A stretch of 43,155 nucleotides of DNA from a virus, in IMG/VR virus record IMGVR_UViG_3300045988_176298, positions 1-43,155 of that record; one strand, given 5' to 3'. This document shows positions 7,987-17,046 of the stretch, piece by piece (the stretch's first letter is position 1; the number at the start of each line of letters is the position of its first letter). The notes beneath the pieces were generated by a model that made no database searches, had not been told where the DNA came from, and saw only the letters and a list, made by a program, of their open reading frames with translations. The position numbers and the translations under genes are program-made.

Positions 7987-9384
7987 GTGGACATAGAAGT
8001 GATTAAAAAGCTGATAAGGAAGTATCAGGCCGGACACGCCGATTTTGTAATGAAGGCTGCGAAGGCGCAGAATTACTATAAGAATAAGACGGATATTTTA
8101 GTCGGGGGACCGGAGAAAAAGAAAAGTAAAGAGGAAACCCCGCTCCGGAATGCAGACAACCGCATACCATTTAATTTCCACGGTCTGCTGGTCAACCAGA
8201 AAGCATCCTATATGTTCGCAGCGCCGCCGCTGTTTGACCTGGGAAGCAAGGATGCGAACCAGAAACTGACATCCTTCCTGGGCGATAAATTCGCAAAGAC
8301 CTGCAAGGACCTGTGTATTAATGCATCCAACTGTACGGTCGGATGGCTGCATGTTTGGAGGGACAGCTCCGGCGGGTGGAAGTATGCTGTTGTTCCATCC
8401 GAGCAGATAATCCCCATATGGTCAAAAAGCCTGGAAAAGGAGCTTCTGGGAGTGTTCCGGACTTATCAGGAGATTGACGATGATACAGGGGATGCATATA
8501 CAATATATGAGTACTGGAATAGCTCAGAATGCCAGGCGTACCGCTTGAAAGGTGGCGCCGAACTGGACACTGGCCTTATCCCGTACAACCTGTTTGTGGA
8601 TCCGACGCTTGCGGAGGAAGTAAACGGGTACAAGCATGGTGTCGGAGAGGTACCGTTCTTCCCTTTTTTCAATAACAATACAGATTCCAATGACCTGGAG
8701 AATATCAAGCCGCTGATTGATACCTATTGCAAGGTGTTCAGCGGCTTTGTTAATGACCTGGAGGACATCCAGGAGGTTATATTTGTGCTGACGAACTATG
8801 GCGGCGCCGATTTGGGACAGTTTCTCCGCGAACTGAAGGACTACAAGGCCATACAGATTGATTCCGAGGGCGGGGAGGATAAGTCAGGAGTGTCAACCCT
8901 GACCATAGAGCTGCCGGTGGAAGCCAGGAAGGAACTGCTGCTGACTACCCGGAAGTGCATTTTTGAACAAGGGCAAGGCATTGACCCGGACCCTCAGAAC
9001 TTCGGGAACAGTTCCGGCGTTGCTCTGAACTTTCTTTATTCTCTATTGGAGCTTAAAGCTGGTCTGCAGGAGACGGAGTTTAAGTTGGGATTTGGCCGGT
9101 TCCTCCGATGTGTATGCCGGCTGCTTGCCCTTCCGATAAAGGATGACACAATTATCCAGATCTGGACCCGGACATCCGTAAAGAATGACCTGGAGCTGTC
9201 TCAGATTGCACAGCAGAGCAGAGCTGTGATATCCGATGAAACCATTGTGGAGCATCACCCCTGGGTAGAGGATTCTTCTAAAGAGATGGAGCGCCTAAAG
9301 AAGCAGGATGAAGAGAACATGGGGGATTTACCGGATATGTTTCCGAAGAAAAAGACTCAAGAAGAAGGCCAGGGTGATGAGTAA
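7987..9384 (+). CDS. Portal protein (SPP1 gp6-like)
   Basis: 465 aa, immediately after terL, with an acidic C-terminus and typical portal size and position. Confidence 0.88.
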   Translation: MDIEVIKKLIRKYQAGHADFVMKAAKAQNYYKNKTDILVGGPEKKKSKEETPLRNADNRIPFNFHGLLVNQKASYMFAAPPLFDLGSKDANQKLTSFLGDKFAKTCKDLCINASNCTVGWLHVWRDSSGGWKYAVVPSEQIIPIWSKSLEKELLGVFRTYQEIDDDTGDAYTIYEYWNSSECQAYRLKGGAELDTGLIPYNLFVDPTLAEEVNGYKHGVGEVPFFPFFNNNTDSNDLENIKPLIDTYCKVFSGFVNDLEDIQEVIFVLTNYGGADLGQFLRELKDYKAIQIDSEGGEDKSGVSTLTIELPVEARKELLLTTRKCIFEQGQGIDPDPQNFGNSSGVALNFLYSLLELKAGLQETEFKLGFGRFLRCVCRLLALPIKDDTIIQIWTRTSVKNDLELSQIAQQSRAVISDETIVEHHPWVEDSSKEMERLKKQDEENMGDLPDMFPKKKTQEEGQGDE

Positions 9385-10958
9385 TGGGCTATTGGGAGGA
9401 CCGGCAGGAGCAGGCCTATCTGGCAGCTGAACAAAAGGCCGATGCATACTTTAAGGAGCTGAAGGCATCCTTCCGGCAGGCAAAGCGGGAAATAGAGTAT
9501 GCCATCAACGATTTTTACACCCGGTATGCCGATGCCAATGGCGTTTCTTACCAACAGGCGCAGCTCTTGTTGTCTAAGGCGGAAATTGGAGACCTGAATG
9601 ACTATATCAAGAAGGCATACGCTCATATAGGGGAATTCGACCTTGAAGTAGAGAATATGTCCATTAAGGCCAGAATCACCCGGTATCAGGCGCTGGAGAC
9701 CCAGGTAAATGCGATACTGAATAACCTGTATGCCGTGGATTATGAGCAGATGGGAAGCAAGACGCTAAAAGATATCTACGAAGAAGGATATTTCAGGGAA
9801 TGGTTCAACATCGACCAGTACAAGGGATTTCATAGTAATTTCGCTGGTATATCCCCAGAACTGGTGGACTCCTATGTTTCCTATCCATTCAACGGCGCCA
9901 ATTTTTCCACTCGGCTGTGGAAACAGAAGGATTACCTGCAGGCACAGCTGATGGAGTCCATGACCACTATGATGGTGACCGGCGCCCATCCGCGGTCTCT
10001 GTCCAGGGACTTTGCCAAAAAGTTCAATGCCAGGGAATTTGACGCCTACAGGCTGCTGCACACAGAAGGCAGTTTTATGGCAAGCCAGGCCACGCATGAT
10101 ATGTACAAGCAGGATGAAGTGGAGAAGTATCAGGTGATTGCTACGCTCGACAGCAAAACGTGTGAAATCTGCAGGCCTCATGATACAGAAGTATATGATG
10201 TGGATAAGGCGGTGGTATCGGTAAATATGCCGCCGTTCCATTGCTTCTGCCGGTGCACCGATGTACCTTATTATGACGATGAGGATCTGTCAGACCAGAC
10301 AAGAGTGGCAAGGGATGCCAACGGGAATGCAATTGAAGTTCCGGCTAATATGAGTTATAAAGAGTGGAAAGCTCGTTTTTTGGATTCCGAAAAAGAAAGC
10401 GTTCATAGAAAACGCACAAAACGGGAACTTCAATCTGCAGGAGAAAAATATCTTGAAACTGCAAAGAAGTATTCAACACGGGAGAGCAAGTGGAGCGGGA
10501 AAATTATTGTTGACGATGATAAATGCAGAGCAGAGAAAATAGCTGGGAGAAAACAGTGGAATTGTGATATACTGTTAAAAAGCACAGCAAGTGATAAAGT
10601 CATAGTGCATGAGCATTTACATGCGTGTTCAGGAAGTTATTTAACTCCCCTTACTATCATACCTTATTCCAGTATGGAAGAGGGATCGGTAGAACTGCTT
10701 GCCCGTGAAATCTGCAGGGCAGAGGGAATTCCTTTTATGGACACATTCAATGTACGTGTCGATGCATTAAGAGAAATAAACAGCATAGTTCAAATCCGGG
10801 AGAATGATTTGGATTTTGCAGTTTCCTTATTTGGCAAAGATATTCGGAGAAGATACCGGTGGTTAAAAGAGCAGGTAAAAAAACATGTTGTTGTGAACTC
10901 GGATGACGAGGAAATACTGGAAAAATTGCTGATGGAAGTAAGGGGAGTAAAGCAGTGA
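9384..10958 (+). CDS. Head morphogenesis protein, MuF/SPP1 gp7 family, with a C-terminal HExxH-containing extension
   Basis: MuF hallmark CEICRPHD...PPFHCFCRCT in the N-terminal 300 aa. The C-terminal roughly 190 aa carry VIVHEHLHACSG...SMEEGSVE. Confidence 0.88.
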   Translation: MGYWEDRQEQAYLAAEQKADAYFKELKASFRQAKREIEYAINDFYTRYADANGVSYQQAQLLLSKAEIGDLNDYIKKAYAHIGEFDLEVENMSIKARITRYQALETQVNAILNNLYAVDYEQMGSKTLKDIYEEGYFREWFNIDQYKGFHSNFAGISPELVDSYVSYPFNGANFSTRLWKQKDYLQAQLMESMTTMMVTGAHPRSLSRDFAKKFNAREFDAYRLLHTEGSFMASQATHDMYKQDEVEKYQVIATLDSKTCEICRPHDTEVYDVDKAVVSVNMPPFHCFCRCTDVPYYDDEDLSDQTRVARDANGNAIEVPANMSYKEWKARFLDSEKESVHRKRTKRELQSAGEKYLETAKKYSTRESKWSGKIIVDDDKCRAEKIAGRKQWNCDILLKSTASDKVIVHEHLHACSGSYLTPLTIIPYSSMEEGSVELLAREICRAEGIPFMDTFNVRVDALREINSIVQIRENDLDFAVSLFGKDIRRRYRWLKEQVKKHVVVNSDDEEILEKLLMEVRGVKQ

Positions 10959-11155
10959 AAAAATTATCATCAAAAGATATTATCCGCCGTGTGGGTGAAT
11001 TTACAGAGTGGGAAGATAAAAAAGCATTCTTGGCGTTTAGAGAAGAACTTTTAATGGCCTACGATTCTTTAACGGAAAAAGAACAGGAAGAAGTGGATGA
11101 ATCAATGGTAATGGAACACATATCAATGGTATATTCCTGTTATGAGGAAGCGTAA
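10955..11155 (+). CDS. Small acidic protein (66 aa), candidate partner of the MuF C-terminal domain
   Basis: GTGA overlap with the MuF stop. Acidic sequence. No family recognised. Confidence 0.55.
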   Translation: MKKLSSKDIIRRVGEFTEWEDKKAFLAFREELLMAYDSLTEKEQEEVDESMVMEHISMVYSCYEEA

Positions 11156-11252
11156 GAGGCCGCAGGGAATGTGGAATTAATATGCTGCGCTGCCTTCTCT
11201 GAAGGAATCCCGGCGGAAAAGATGCGGTTAACTGGTGCTGTAGGAGGTTCAC

Positions 11253-11564
11253 ATGGATAATTTCAAAGTCATTTATAAAATACTGAAACTGCTGGAAGAA
11301 GCAATGGATCAGGATGAATTTGATATCAACCTTCTGTCTCCAGATTTGCTGGGAGTTACTGAAAACCGCAGGAATGCAATCTTAAAGATGCTTCAGGAAG
11401 AAGGTTATATAACGGGTGTCCTGTACAGGAATGGCCTGTCTGGGGTGAAGTTGAGTAAGCCGGCAATTACTTTGAAAGGGCTTCAGTACCTGGAGGAAAA
11501 TTCCATGATGAAGAAGGTTTCTGGAATATTGAAAGGAATTAAAGAAACTATACCAGGGCTGTAA
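11253..11564 (+). CDS. YjcQ-like winged-helix protein
   Basis: MDNFKVIYKILKLLEEAMD...AILKMLQEEGYITGV...LKGLQYLEENS matches the YjcQ pattern known from Bacillus prophages. Confidence 0.65.
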   Translation: MDNFKVIYKILKLLEEAMDQDEFDINLLSPDLLGVTENRRNAILKMLQEEGYITGVLYRNGLSGVKLSKPAITLKGLQYLEENSMMKKVSGILKGIKETIPGL

Positions 11565-11598
11565 TGCTTTGGCATTCTTGCGAGGTAAATTAAAGAGT

Positions 11599-11745
11599 AT
11601 GGATAAGTTAGGTTTTCCCTATGAAAAAAGGGTTAATATTGAAGACATGCCAGAGGGTAAGACGGCCGAAGATTATCCGGACGATACTGTATTTGTATGG
11701 AAAAACCATGAGCCTATAGATAGCGACTCTGACTGGGAAGAATAA
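11599..11745 (+). CDS. Hypothetical small acidic protein (48 aa); not in the ORF track
   Basis: Manual translation: MDKLGFPYEKRVNIEDMPEGKTAEDYPDDTVFVWKNHEPIDSDSDWEE. Confidence 0.4.
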   Translation: MDKLGFPYEKRVNIEDMPEGKTAEDYPDDTVFVWKNHEPIDSDSDWEE

Positions 11746-11770
11746 GTAACTAAATAAAGTGAAGCATAAA

Positions 11771-11801
11771 ACACGCAGGATTATCCTGGGTGTTATTTTT
11801 T
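11771..11801 (+). terminator. Rho-independent terminator
   Basis: Stem ACACGCAGGAT / ATCCTGGGTGT, followed by TATTTTTT. Confidence 0.7.
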
Positions 11802-11890
11802 CGCCTTTTTGGTATCCCAGGCGATAAAGAGGGAGACATCACCGGTCACGACCGGGAAAACAAGTGAAGATGAATCGGAGGTAAAGGAAA

Positions 11891-12478
11891 ATGAAAAAAG
11901 AAGATTTAGTGGCAAAGGGGTTATCAGAAGAACAGGCGCAGGCCGTAATGGATGCCTGGAATGAAACCATGAAGGGATTCGTGCCGAAGGAACGGTTTGA
12001 TGAAGTAAATGGGAAGCTGAAAGAGGCGAATACCACAATTGATTCCCTGAAAAAAGGAAATGCGGATAATGAAGAGCTTCAGAAGCAGGTTAAGGAATAT
12101 AAGGAGAAAGTTACCTCTTTGGAAGCCGCGGCGGCCAATACCAGGAAGGAATACGCCCTGAAGGCGAAACTCACTGCAGCCGGAGTCCTGGATGCCGATT
12201 ATATTATTTATAAACAGGGAGGTCTTGAGAAGTTTGTTTTTGACAAGGATGGCAGCCCTGTCGGAATTGACGATACGCTCAAGCCTCTGAAAGAATCTTC
12301 TCCGCATCTGTTCAAAGCAGAGCAGCCCGGAGGGTACAAGCCCAATGGAGGCGGGAATCCTCCGGCAGCCAATCCCTGGAAGAAAGATAGTTTCAATCTG
12401 ACGGAACAGGGACGTATCTATAAAGAAAATCCGACGCAGGCCAAAGAACTGGCGGCTGCGGCCGGAGTAACCATCTAA
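11891..12478 (+). CDS. Capsid scaffolding protein (GP20-like)
   Basis: Coiled-coil, Lys/Glu-rich sequence MKKEDLVAKGLSEEQAQAVMDAWNE..., directly upstream of the major capsid gene. Confidence 0.8.
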   Translation: MKKEDLVAKGLSEEQAQAVMDAWNETMKGFVPKERFDEVNGKLKEANTTIDSLKKGNADNEELQKQVKEYKEKVTSLEAAAANTRKEYALKAKLTAAGVLDADYIIYKQGGLEKFVFDKDGSPVGIDDTLKPLKESSPHLFKAEQPGGYKPNGGGNPPAANPWKKDSFNLTEQGRIYKENPTQAKELAAAAGVTI

Positions 12479-12499
12479 AGAAAGGAATAGGTGAATTGT

Positions 12500-13507
12500 A
12501 TGCCCGGAACAACTTTACAGGACGTAATCGTACCTGAACTTTTTAATCCTTACGTGATTAACAGAACAATGGAACTTTCCGCACTCCTGCAGTGTGGAAT
12601 TATCGTTAACAGCAGTGAATTTGACACGCTGGCATCCCAGGCGGCGCCTACGGTAAACATGCCATTTTTTGAGGACCTGACCGGTGAGTCCGAACAGGTG
12701 ATTGAAGGCGCGGATCTGGAAGATAACAAAATTACATCCAATAAGGATGTGGCGGCAATCATCCGCCGTGCAAAAATGTGGAGCGCAACAGACCTTTCCG
12801 CTGCCCTTGCTGGTAGTGACCCTATGGGCGCTATCGGGACGCTGGTGGCGCAGTTCTGGTCGCGTGACATGCAGAAGGAGCTGATTGCAGTGTTGAATGG
12901 CATCTTCGGAACCATCCCTGCAACAACAGGGGAAGGCGCAACGCCTGCAGAAACCCGTCTGGCTTCCAACCTGCTGGACATTTCCGGGAAATCCGGAGCG
13001 GCGGCGAACTGGAGCGGCAGCGCTTTCATTGATGCCGAGCAGATGCTGGGGGATGCCAAGGCACAGCTGACCGGCGTATGTATGCACAGCGCCACAGAGG
13101 CTTACTTGAAGAAACAGAACCTGATTGAAACTGTGCAGCCTTCCAATGATGTGGCTTTTGGCCTGTACCAGGGTAAGCGAGTCATTATTGACGATGGCTG
13201 CCCGGTGGATAAGGGAGTGTATACCACCTATCTATTTGGCAACGGTGCCATCGCCCTTGGAAACGGCAGCCCGGTAGGCTTTGTACCCACTGAGACTGAC
13301 CGTGCAAAGAGGAAGGGTTCTGGGGTGGATTACCTGATTAACCGTAAGACCATGATTCTGCATCCGCGCGGAATTGCATGGCAGAATGCCAAGGTAGAAA
13401 AGACGGAGGGGCCTTCCAGGGCGGAGCTGAGGGATCCGGTGAACTGGAAACCGGTTTACGAGCCAAAGCAGATCCGTATTGTAGCTTTTAAACATAAACT
13501 GGGTTAA
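12500..13507 (+). CDS. Major capsid protein
   Basis: About 335 aa, follows the scaffold gene. The N-terminus MPGTTLQDVIVPELFNPYV is typical of this capsid family. The track ORF starts at GTG 12491. Confidence 0.88.
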   Translation: MPGTTLQDVIVPELFNPYVINRTMELSALLQCGIIVNSSEFDTLASQAAPTVNMPFFEDLTGESEQVIEGADLEDNKITSNKDVAAIIRRAKMWSATDLSAALAGSDPMGAIGTLVAQFWSRDMQKELIAVLNGIFGTIPATTGEGATPAETRLASNLLDISGKSGAAANWSGSAFIDAEQMLGDAKAQLTGVCMHSATEAYLKKQNLIETVQPSNDVAFGLYQGKRVIIDDGCPVDKGVYTTYLFGNGAIALGNGSPVGFVPTETDRAKRKGSGVDYLINRKTMILHPRGIAWQNAKVEKTEGPSRAELRDPVNWKPVYEPKQIRIVAFKHKLG

Positions 13508-13517
13508 GGAGGACTGG

Positions 13518-13889
13518 ATGACAAAGGAAGAAATGCTCCTGAAAGTGAAAAGCAACTTAAAGCTTGATGATGATTCGCAGGATTTAGCAATATCTGATGT
13601 CGTCCAGGACGTCTGCAATTATTGTAACCTGCAGGATTATATTCCGGCGGAAGTGGAACCTCTCATCCGCCGGAAGGTAAAGGCCATCATAAATTATGAA
13701 GCGGCCAATGGTACGGGATTCATGCGGGAAATCCAGAGTATAAAAGAAGGGGATGGCAGCATCACCTACGTCCAGACCGAAGGGAATACTCGTGCCACAA
13801 TATACGGCCTGGGGAATGATGATAAAGCGCAGTTGAAGCGGTTCAGGGGGCTGAGAGGATATGATAAACCCATATGCAGTGATGTATGA
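13518..13889 (+). CDS. Head-tail connector (gp6-like)
   Basis: Size, position and the LKLDDDSQDLAISDVVQDVCNYCN motif. Confidence 0.7.
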   Translation: MTKEEMLLKVKSNLKLDDDSQDLAISDVVQDVCNYCNLQDYIPAEVEPLIRRKVKAIINYEAANGTGFMREIQSIKEGDGSITYVQTEGNTRATIYGLGNDDKAQLKRFRGLRGYDKPICSDV

Positions 13890-14196
13890 CGCCAAAATGA
13901 CGATCAGACGGTGGCAGGACGTGGAAAAGGATGGTTTCACTGCGCATGAATTGATAGAGATAAGCTCCGGTCGGCCCTGCCGGTACAGTTCTTCCGGACA
14001 GGCGGCAGTGGGAACACCGGCCCCTTCCATACAGAATAAGCATACCCTCTTCTGTGGTTTGGACGAGGATATCCGTGAAGGTGACGAGGTTATGGTTACG
14101 ATGCGTACTGGGAAACAGGTCACGTTGAAGTTGGGAGAATGCCACCCTTATACCTACCAATGGCAGTGTGAAGTGGAAAGGGAAGATACCGTATGA
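13861..14196 (+). CDS. Head closure / head-tail adaptor protein
   Basis: 111 aa, overlapping gene junctions within the connector block. Confidence 0.6.
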   Translation: MINPYAVMYDAKMTIRRWQDVEKDGFTAHELIEISSGRPCRYSSSGQAAVGTPAPSIQNKHTLFCGLDEDIREGDEVMVTMRTGKQVTLKLGECHPYTYQWQCEVEREDTV

Positions 14197-14720
14197 GCAG
14201 CAGTAACTACAGGCGTAATAAGGCTATGTGTGAGCAGTTCAGGAAAGAGCTTACTGCCATGATGGATGATATTAGAGAGATTGATAAGAAAGTGTTGAAT
14301 AAATCTGTTAATCAGGGAATTGCCTATGCAAAAAGGCTTACTCCCGTAGGAATACATCCGAATCCCGTATCCTTTACTGTTAAGCATGGTAAATATGCAG
14401 GAAAAGAAGTCAGTTTTAAAGTTAGAAAAAGCGCTGAGGCTTCTGCTTGTGCAATGGTTGGCGGATGGCTGAGGTTTAGCTGGCATAAATCACCAACAAA
14501 GAAAACATTATCTGGTGTTGAGGCAGAAGCAAATAATTCTGCTTACTATGCCTCCTATTGGAATGACGGCCATAGAATTGTCACGAAAAAAGGAGGCCCA
14601 ATCAAAGGCTTTGTGAAAGGGACTCATGTTCTGGAAAAAATGAAATCTTATGTTGAGCGGCAGATGGTAAAAAACTTTGAAGCCGAAGTAAAGGCGGTGC
14701 AGGCAAAGCATGATAACTGA
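14193..14720 (+). CDS. HK97 gp10-like tail-component protein
   Basis: Position and N-terminal pattern (RRNKAMCEQFRKELTAMMDDI...LNKSVNQG). Confidence 0.65.
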   Translation: MSSSNYRRNKAMCEQFRKELTAMMDDIREIDKKVLNKSVNQGIAYAKRLTPVGIHPNPVSFTVKHGKYAGKEVSFKVRKSAEASACAMVGGWLRFSWHKSPTKKTLSGVEAEANNSAYYASYWNDGHRIVTKKGGPIKGFVKGTHVLEKMKSYVERQMVKNFEAEVKAVQAKHDN

Positions 14721-15114
14721 ACTGTATAAGGAAATAGCGGCTGCGCTGAAGGCTGTGAAGGACTGTCCCGTGTACAAAGAGGACATCCCGCAGAACTTCA
14801 GGCAGCCGTCTTTTTTAGTAGAAATATATGACCAGAACCCTTCCCGGGGAATTAACGGCAGGATGAAGAATACAGTGAGCCTTGATGTATTGTATTTTCC
14901 GGAATCCCGCAAAGATGAAGAAACAGAATGCTGGGAAGTGGGGGAAGCGCTGAACCGGGAATTCCGGCCAGAACATTTCAAAATAAAAAACCGGAACATG
15001 AAAATAACGGACAAGGTGCTGCACTTCCAGTTTGATGTTGATTACCGGGAAGTGAAGTCGGAATCCTTACCGATGATGCAGGAGCTGGTCCAGAAAACAG
15101 AAATGGAGGAATGA
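14710..15114 (+). CDS. Tail completion / sheath-terminator-like protein
   Basis: 134 aa, immediately before the sheath gene. Assignment is by synteny only. Confidence 0.55.
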   Translation: MITELYKEIAAALKAVKDCPVYKEDIPQNFRQPSFLVEIYDQNPSRGINGRMKNTVSLDVLYFPESRKDEETECWEVGEALNREFRPEHFKIKNRNMKITDKVLHFQFDVDYREVKSESLPMMQELVQKTEMEE

Positions 15115-15115
15115 C

Positions 15116-16159
15116 ATGTCAGGAACATGGGAAAGCCAGAACAAAATACTGCCTGGCGTATATCTGAATATAAAAACAAATGAACCATTGTCTATCACTC
15201 CGGGGGACCGGGGAACCGTGCTCCTGCTCCAGGAAATGAGCGGGGGAACCGATGGGGAAATCTACGAAGCATCAGCTTTGGAAGCAGACTGGCCGGAAGG
15301 TATTACAGAAGCGGATAAGCTGCTGACAAAGGAAGCGCTGAAGCTGGCAAAGACAGTACTAATTTATAAGCTTCCTGAGTCCCATACTGCAGCGCATGTG
15401 ACAGCAGCACTGGAGGCGGCAAAGACCATATTTTTCAACGTACTCTGCTATCCTTATGATGGGGACAGTGAGACCGCGAATAAAGCTGCAATTGTAGCCT
15501 GGATTAAAGCCATGCGGGAGGATGAGGGGCGTGGCTGCCAGGCAGTTCTTGCTAATCAGGAAGCGGATTATGAAGGTATTATTAATGTGACCCAGGGCAT
15601 TAAAATGGCAGGTGGATCTGAACTGACGGCAGCTCAGGTGACAGCCTGGGTGGCAGGAGCTACGGCGGGAGCAAGCATAACCACATCAAATACAGGTACA
15701 AAATATGTGGGTGCGATCGATGTGGCGCCACGTATGAGCAAGACTGGGATGGAAGCCGCAGTGAAGGCAGGACAGTTTATTTTTAAGGTAGATACATCCC
15801 AGAATGTGACTGCTGTATATGATATCAATTCCCTTACATCTACCACAGTAGAAAAAGGGAAGATGTTTACCAAGAACCGCATCCTCCGGACCCTGGACAA
15901 TATTAGGAACGACATAACCACGATCTATGAGTCTTCCTATATTGGAAAAATAAATAACGATGCGAATGGACGGAACCTGCTGAAAGCTTCCCTTGCGGAG
16001 TATTTTGCAGAACTGCAGAATATGGCTGCCGTACAGAACTTTGACCCTGCGGATATCACGGTTGAGGCAGGAGTGGATTCTGACGCGGTGGTGGTTACTG
16101 CAACCATCCAGCCGGTAGACAGTGTTGAGAAAATATACATCACTGTAAATCTGTCATAA
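15116..16159 (+). CDS. Contractile tail sheath protein (XkdK-like)
   Basis: The N-terminus MSGTWESQNKILPGVYLNIKT is characteristic of PBSX-type sheath proteins. 347 aa. Confidence 0.88.
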   Translation: MSGTWESQNKILPGVYLNIKTNEPLSITPGDRGTVLLLQEMSGGTDGEIYEASALEADWPEGITEADKLLTKEALKLAKTVLIYKLPESHTAAHVTAALEAAKTIFFNVLCYPYDGDSETANKAAIVAWIKAMREDEGRGCQAVLANQEADYEGIINVTQGIKMAGGSELTAAQVTAWVAGATAGASITTSNTGTKYVGAIDVAPRMSKTGMEAAVKAGQFIFKVDTSQNVTAVYDINSLTSTTVEKGKMFTKNRILRTLDNIRNDITTIYESSYIGKINNDANGRNLLKASLAEYFAELQNMAAVQNFDPADITVEAGVDSDAVVVTATIQPVDSVEKIYITVNLS

Positions 16160-16173
16160 GGAGGTGGACAGGA

Positions 16174-16644
16174 ATGGCATATACAAGAATTACAGACCTG
16201 ATAACCAGTACGGAGGGAAGCGCTTTTATCACCGTAAACGGGAAGAACCGGTATTTCTTTGAGTTGTCAAAGATAGATGCCAGCATTGAGTTTAAGGTTG
16301 TTGCCAAACGGCTCCTGGGGCACCGCATGACCCAGCATAAGGTAGTGGGGGCCGAAGGGAAAGGTAATCTGACTCTTTACAATGTGAGCGGCGATACGCT
16401 GCAGATTTTTATGGAGTACAAAAAGAGCGGCACTTATCTGCCGATTACCATCCAGACAACCAATGAGGATCCGCAGTCAACGATAGGCCGCCAGACAGTG
16501 GTTATGCGGAATTGTATCCTGGCAAAGATTCCGGTTGCATCCCTGGATGATTCCAGTGAGGACCTGAGTACCATTGATACTGATTTTACATTTGACGATG
16601 TTGATAATCTGGAACAATTTCAGGTTCCCGAAAATTTCAGATAA
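16174..16644 (+). CDS. Tail tube protein (XkdM-like)
   Basis: 156 aa, directly after the sheath gene. Confidence 0.82.
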   Translation: MAYTRITDLITSTEGSAFITVNGKNRYFFELSKIDASIEFKVVAKRLLGHRMTQHKVVGAEGKGNLTLYNVSGDTLQIFMEYKKSGTYLPITIQTTNEDPQSTIGRQTVVMRNCILAKIPVASLDDSSEDLSTIDTDFTFDDVDNLEQFQVPENFR

Positions 16645-16652
16645 TTTTTAAT

Positions 16653-16677
16653 AATTTCCGTAGGTAGGACGGAAATA
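16653..16677 (+). terminator. Hairpin after the tube gene (weak terminator)
   Basis: Stem AATTTCCGT / ACGGAAATT with a 7-nt loop. The downstream T tract is poor. Confidence 0.4.
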
Positions 16678-16690
16678 TTTAAATTGCCTC

Positions 16691-16719
16691 TTGACTTTTG
16701 CCAGTACAAAACATATAAT
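16691..16719 (+). promoter_or_regulatory. Consensus-like promoter of the RHH-BRO cassette
   Basis: TTGACT (16691-16696), 17-nt spacer, TATAAT (16714-16719). Confidence 0.7.
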
Positions 16720-16747
16720 TATGTCATGGCGAAAGTGAGGTGATAAA

Positions 16748-16927
16748 ATGTCGCCTAGAACAGGAAGACCGATAGAAGGTCAAGCCCGAAAGGATATAAA
16801 ACTTCAAATAAGGGTAGATAAACCGACATTGGATAGTATAGATGAATTAGCGGACAAGTTGGAAACTACCAGAACCGGGGTTGTAATGAAGGGAATTGAG
16901 CTTTTACGGAATTCAATAAAAAAATAA
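16748..16927 (+). CDS. Ribbon-helix-helix (Arc/Mnt/CopG-like) protein, 59 aa; not in the ORF track
   Basis: Manual translation: MSPRTGRPIEGQARKDIKLQIRVDKPTLDSIDELADKLETTRTGVVMKGIELLRNSIKK. GTGAGGTGA SD upstream. Confidence 0.65.
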   Translation: MSPRTGRPIEGQARKDIKLQIRVDKPTLDSIDELADKLETTRTGVVMKGIELLRNSIKK

Positions 16928-17046
16928 GAGTAATCGCTACCCTACCAAGATAATCGATTACTCTCAACCAGAGGAAATCCTCTAAAAATATTATAGCATT
17001 TAGAGGACTTCCTTGCAATCAGATTTTGAGAAAGCGAGGATTATGA

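Noticed and set aside
12515-13095. Two minus-strand ORFs of about 185 aa
   Set aside because: Both are antisense to the major capsid gene. These are shadow frames of a GC-richer coding region.
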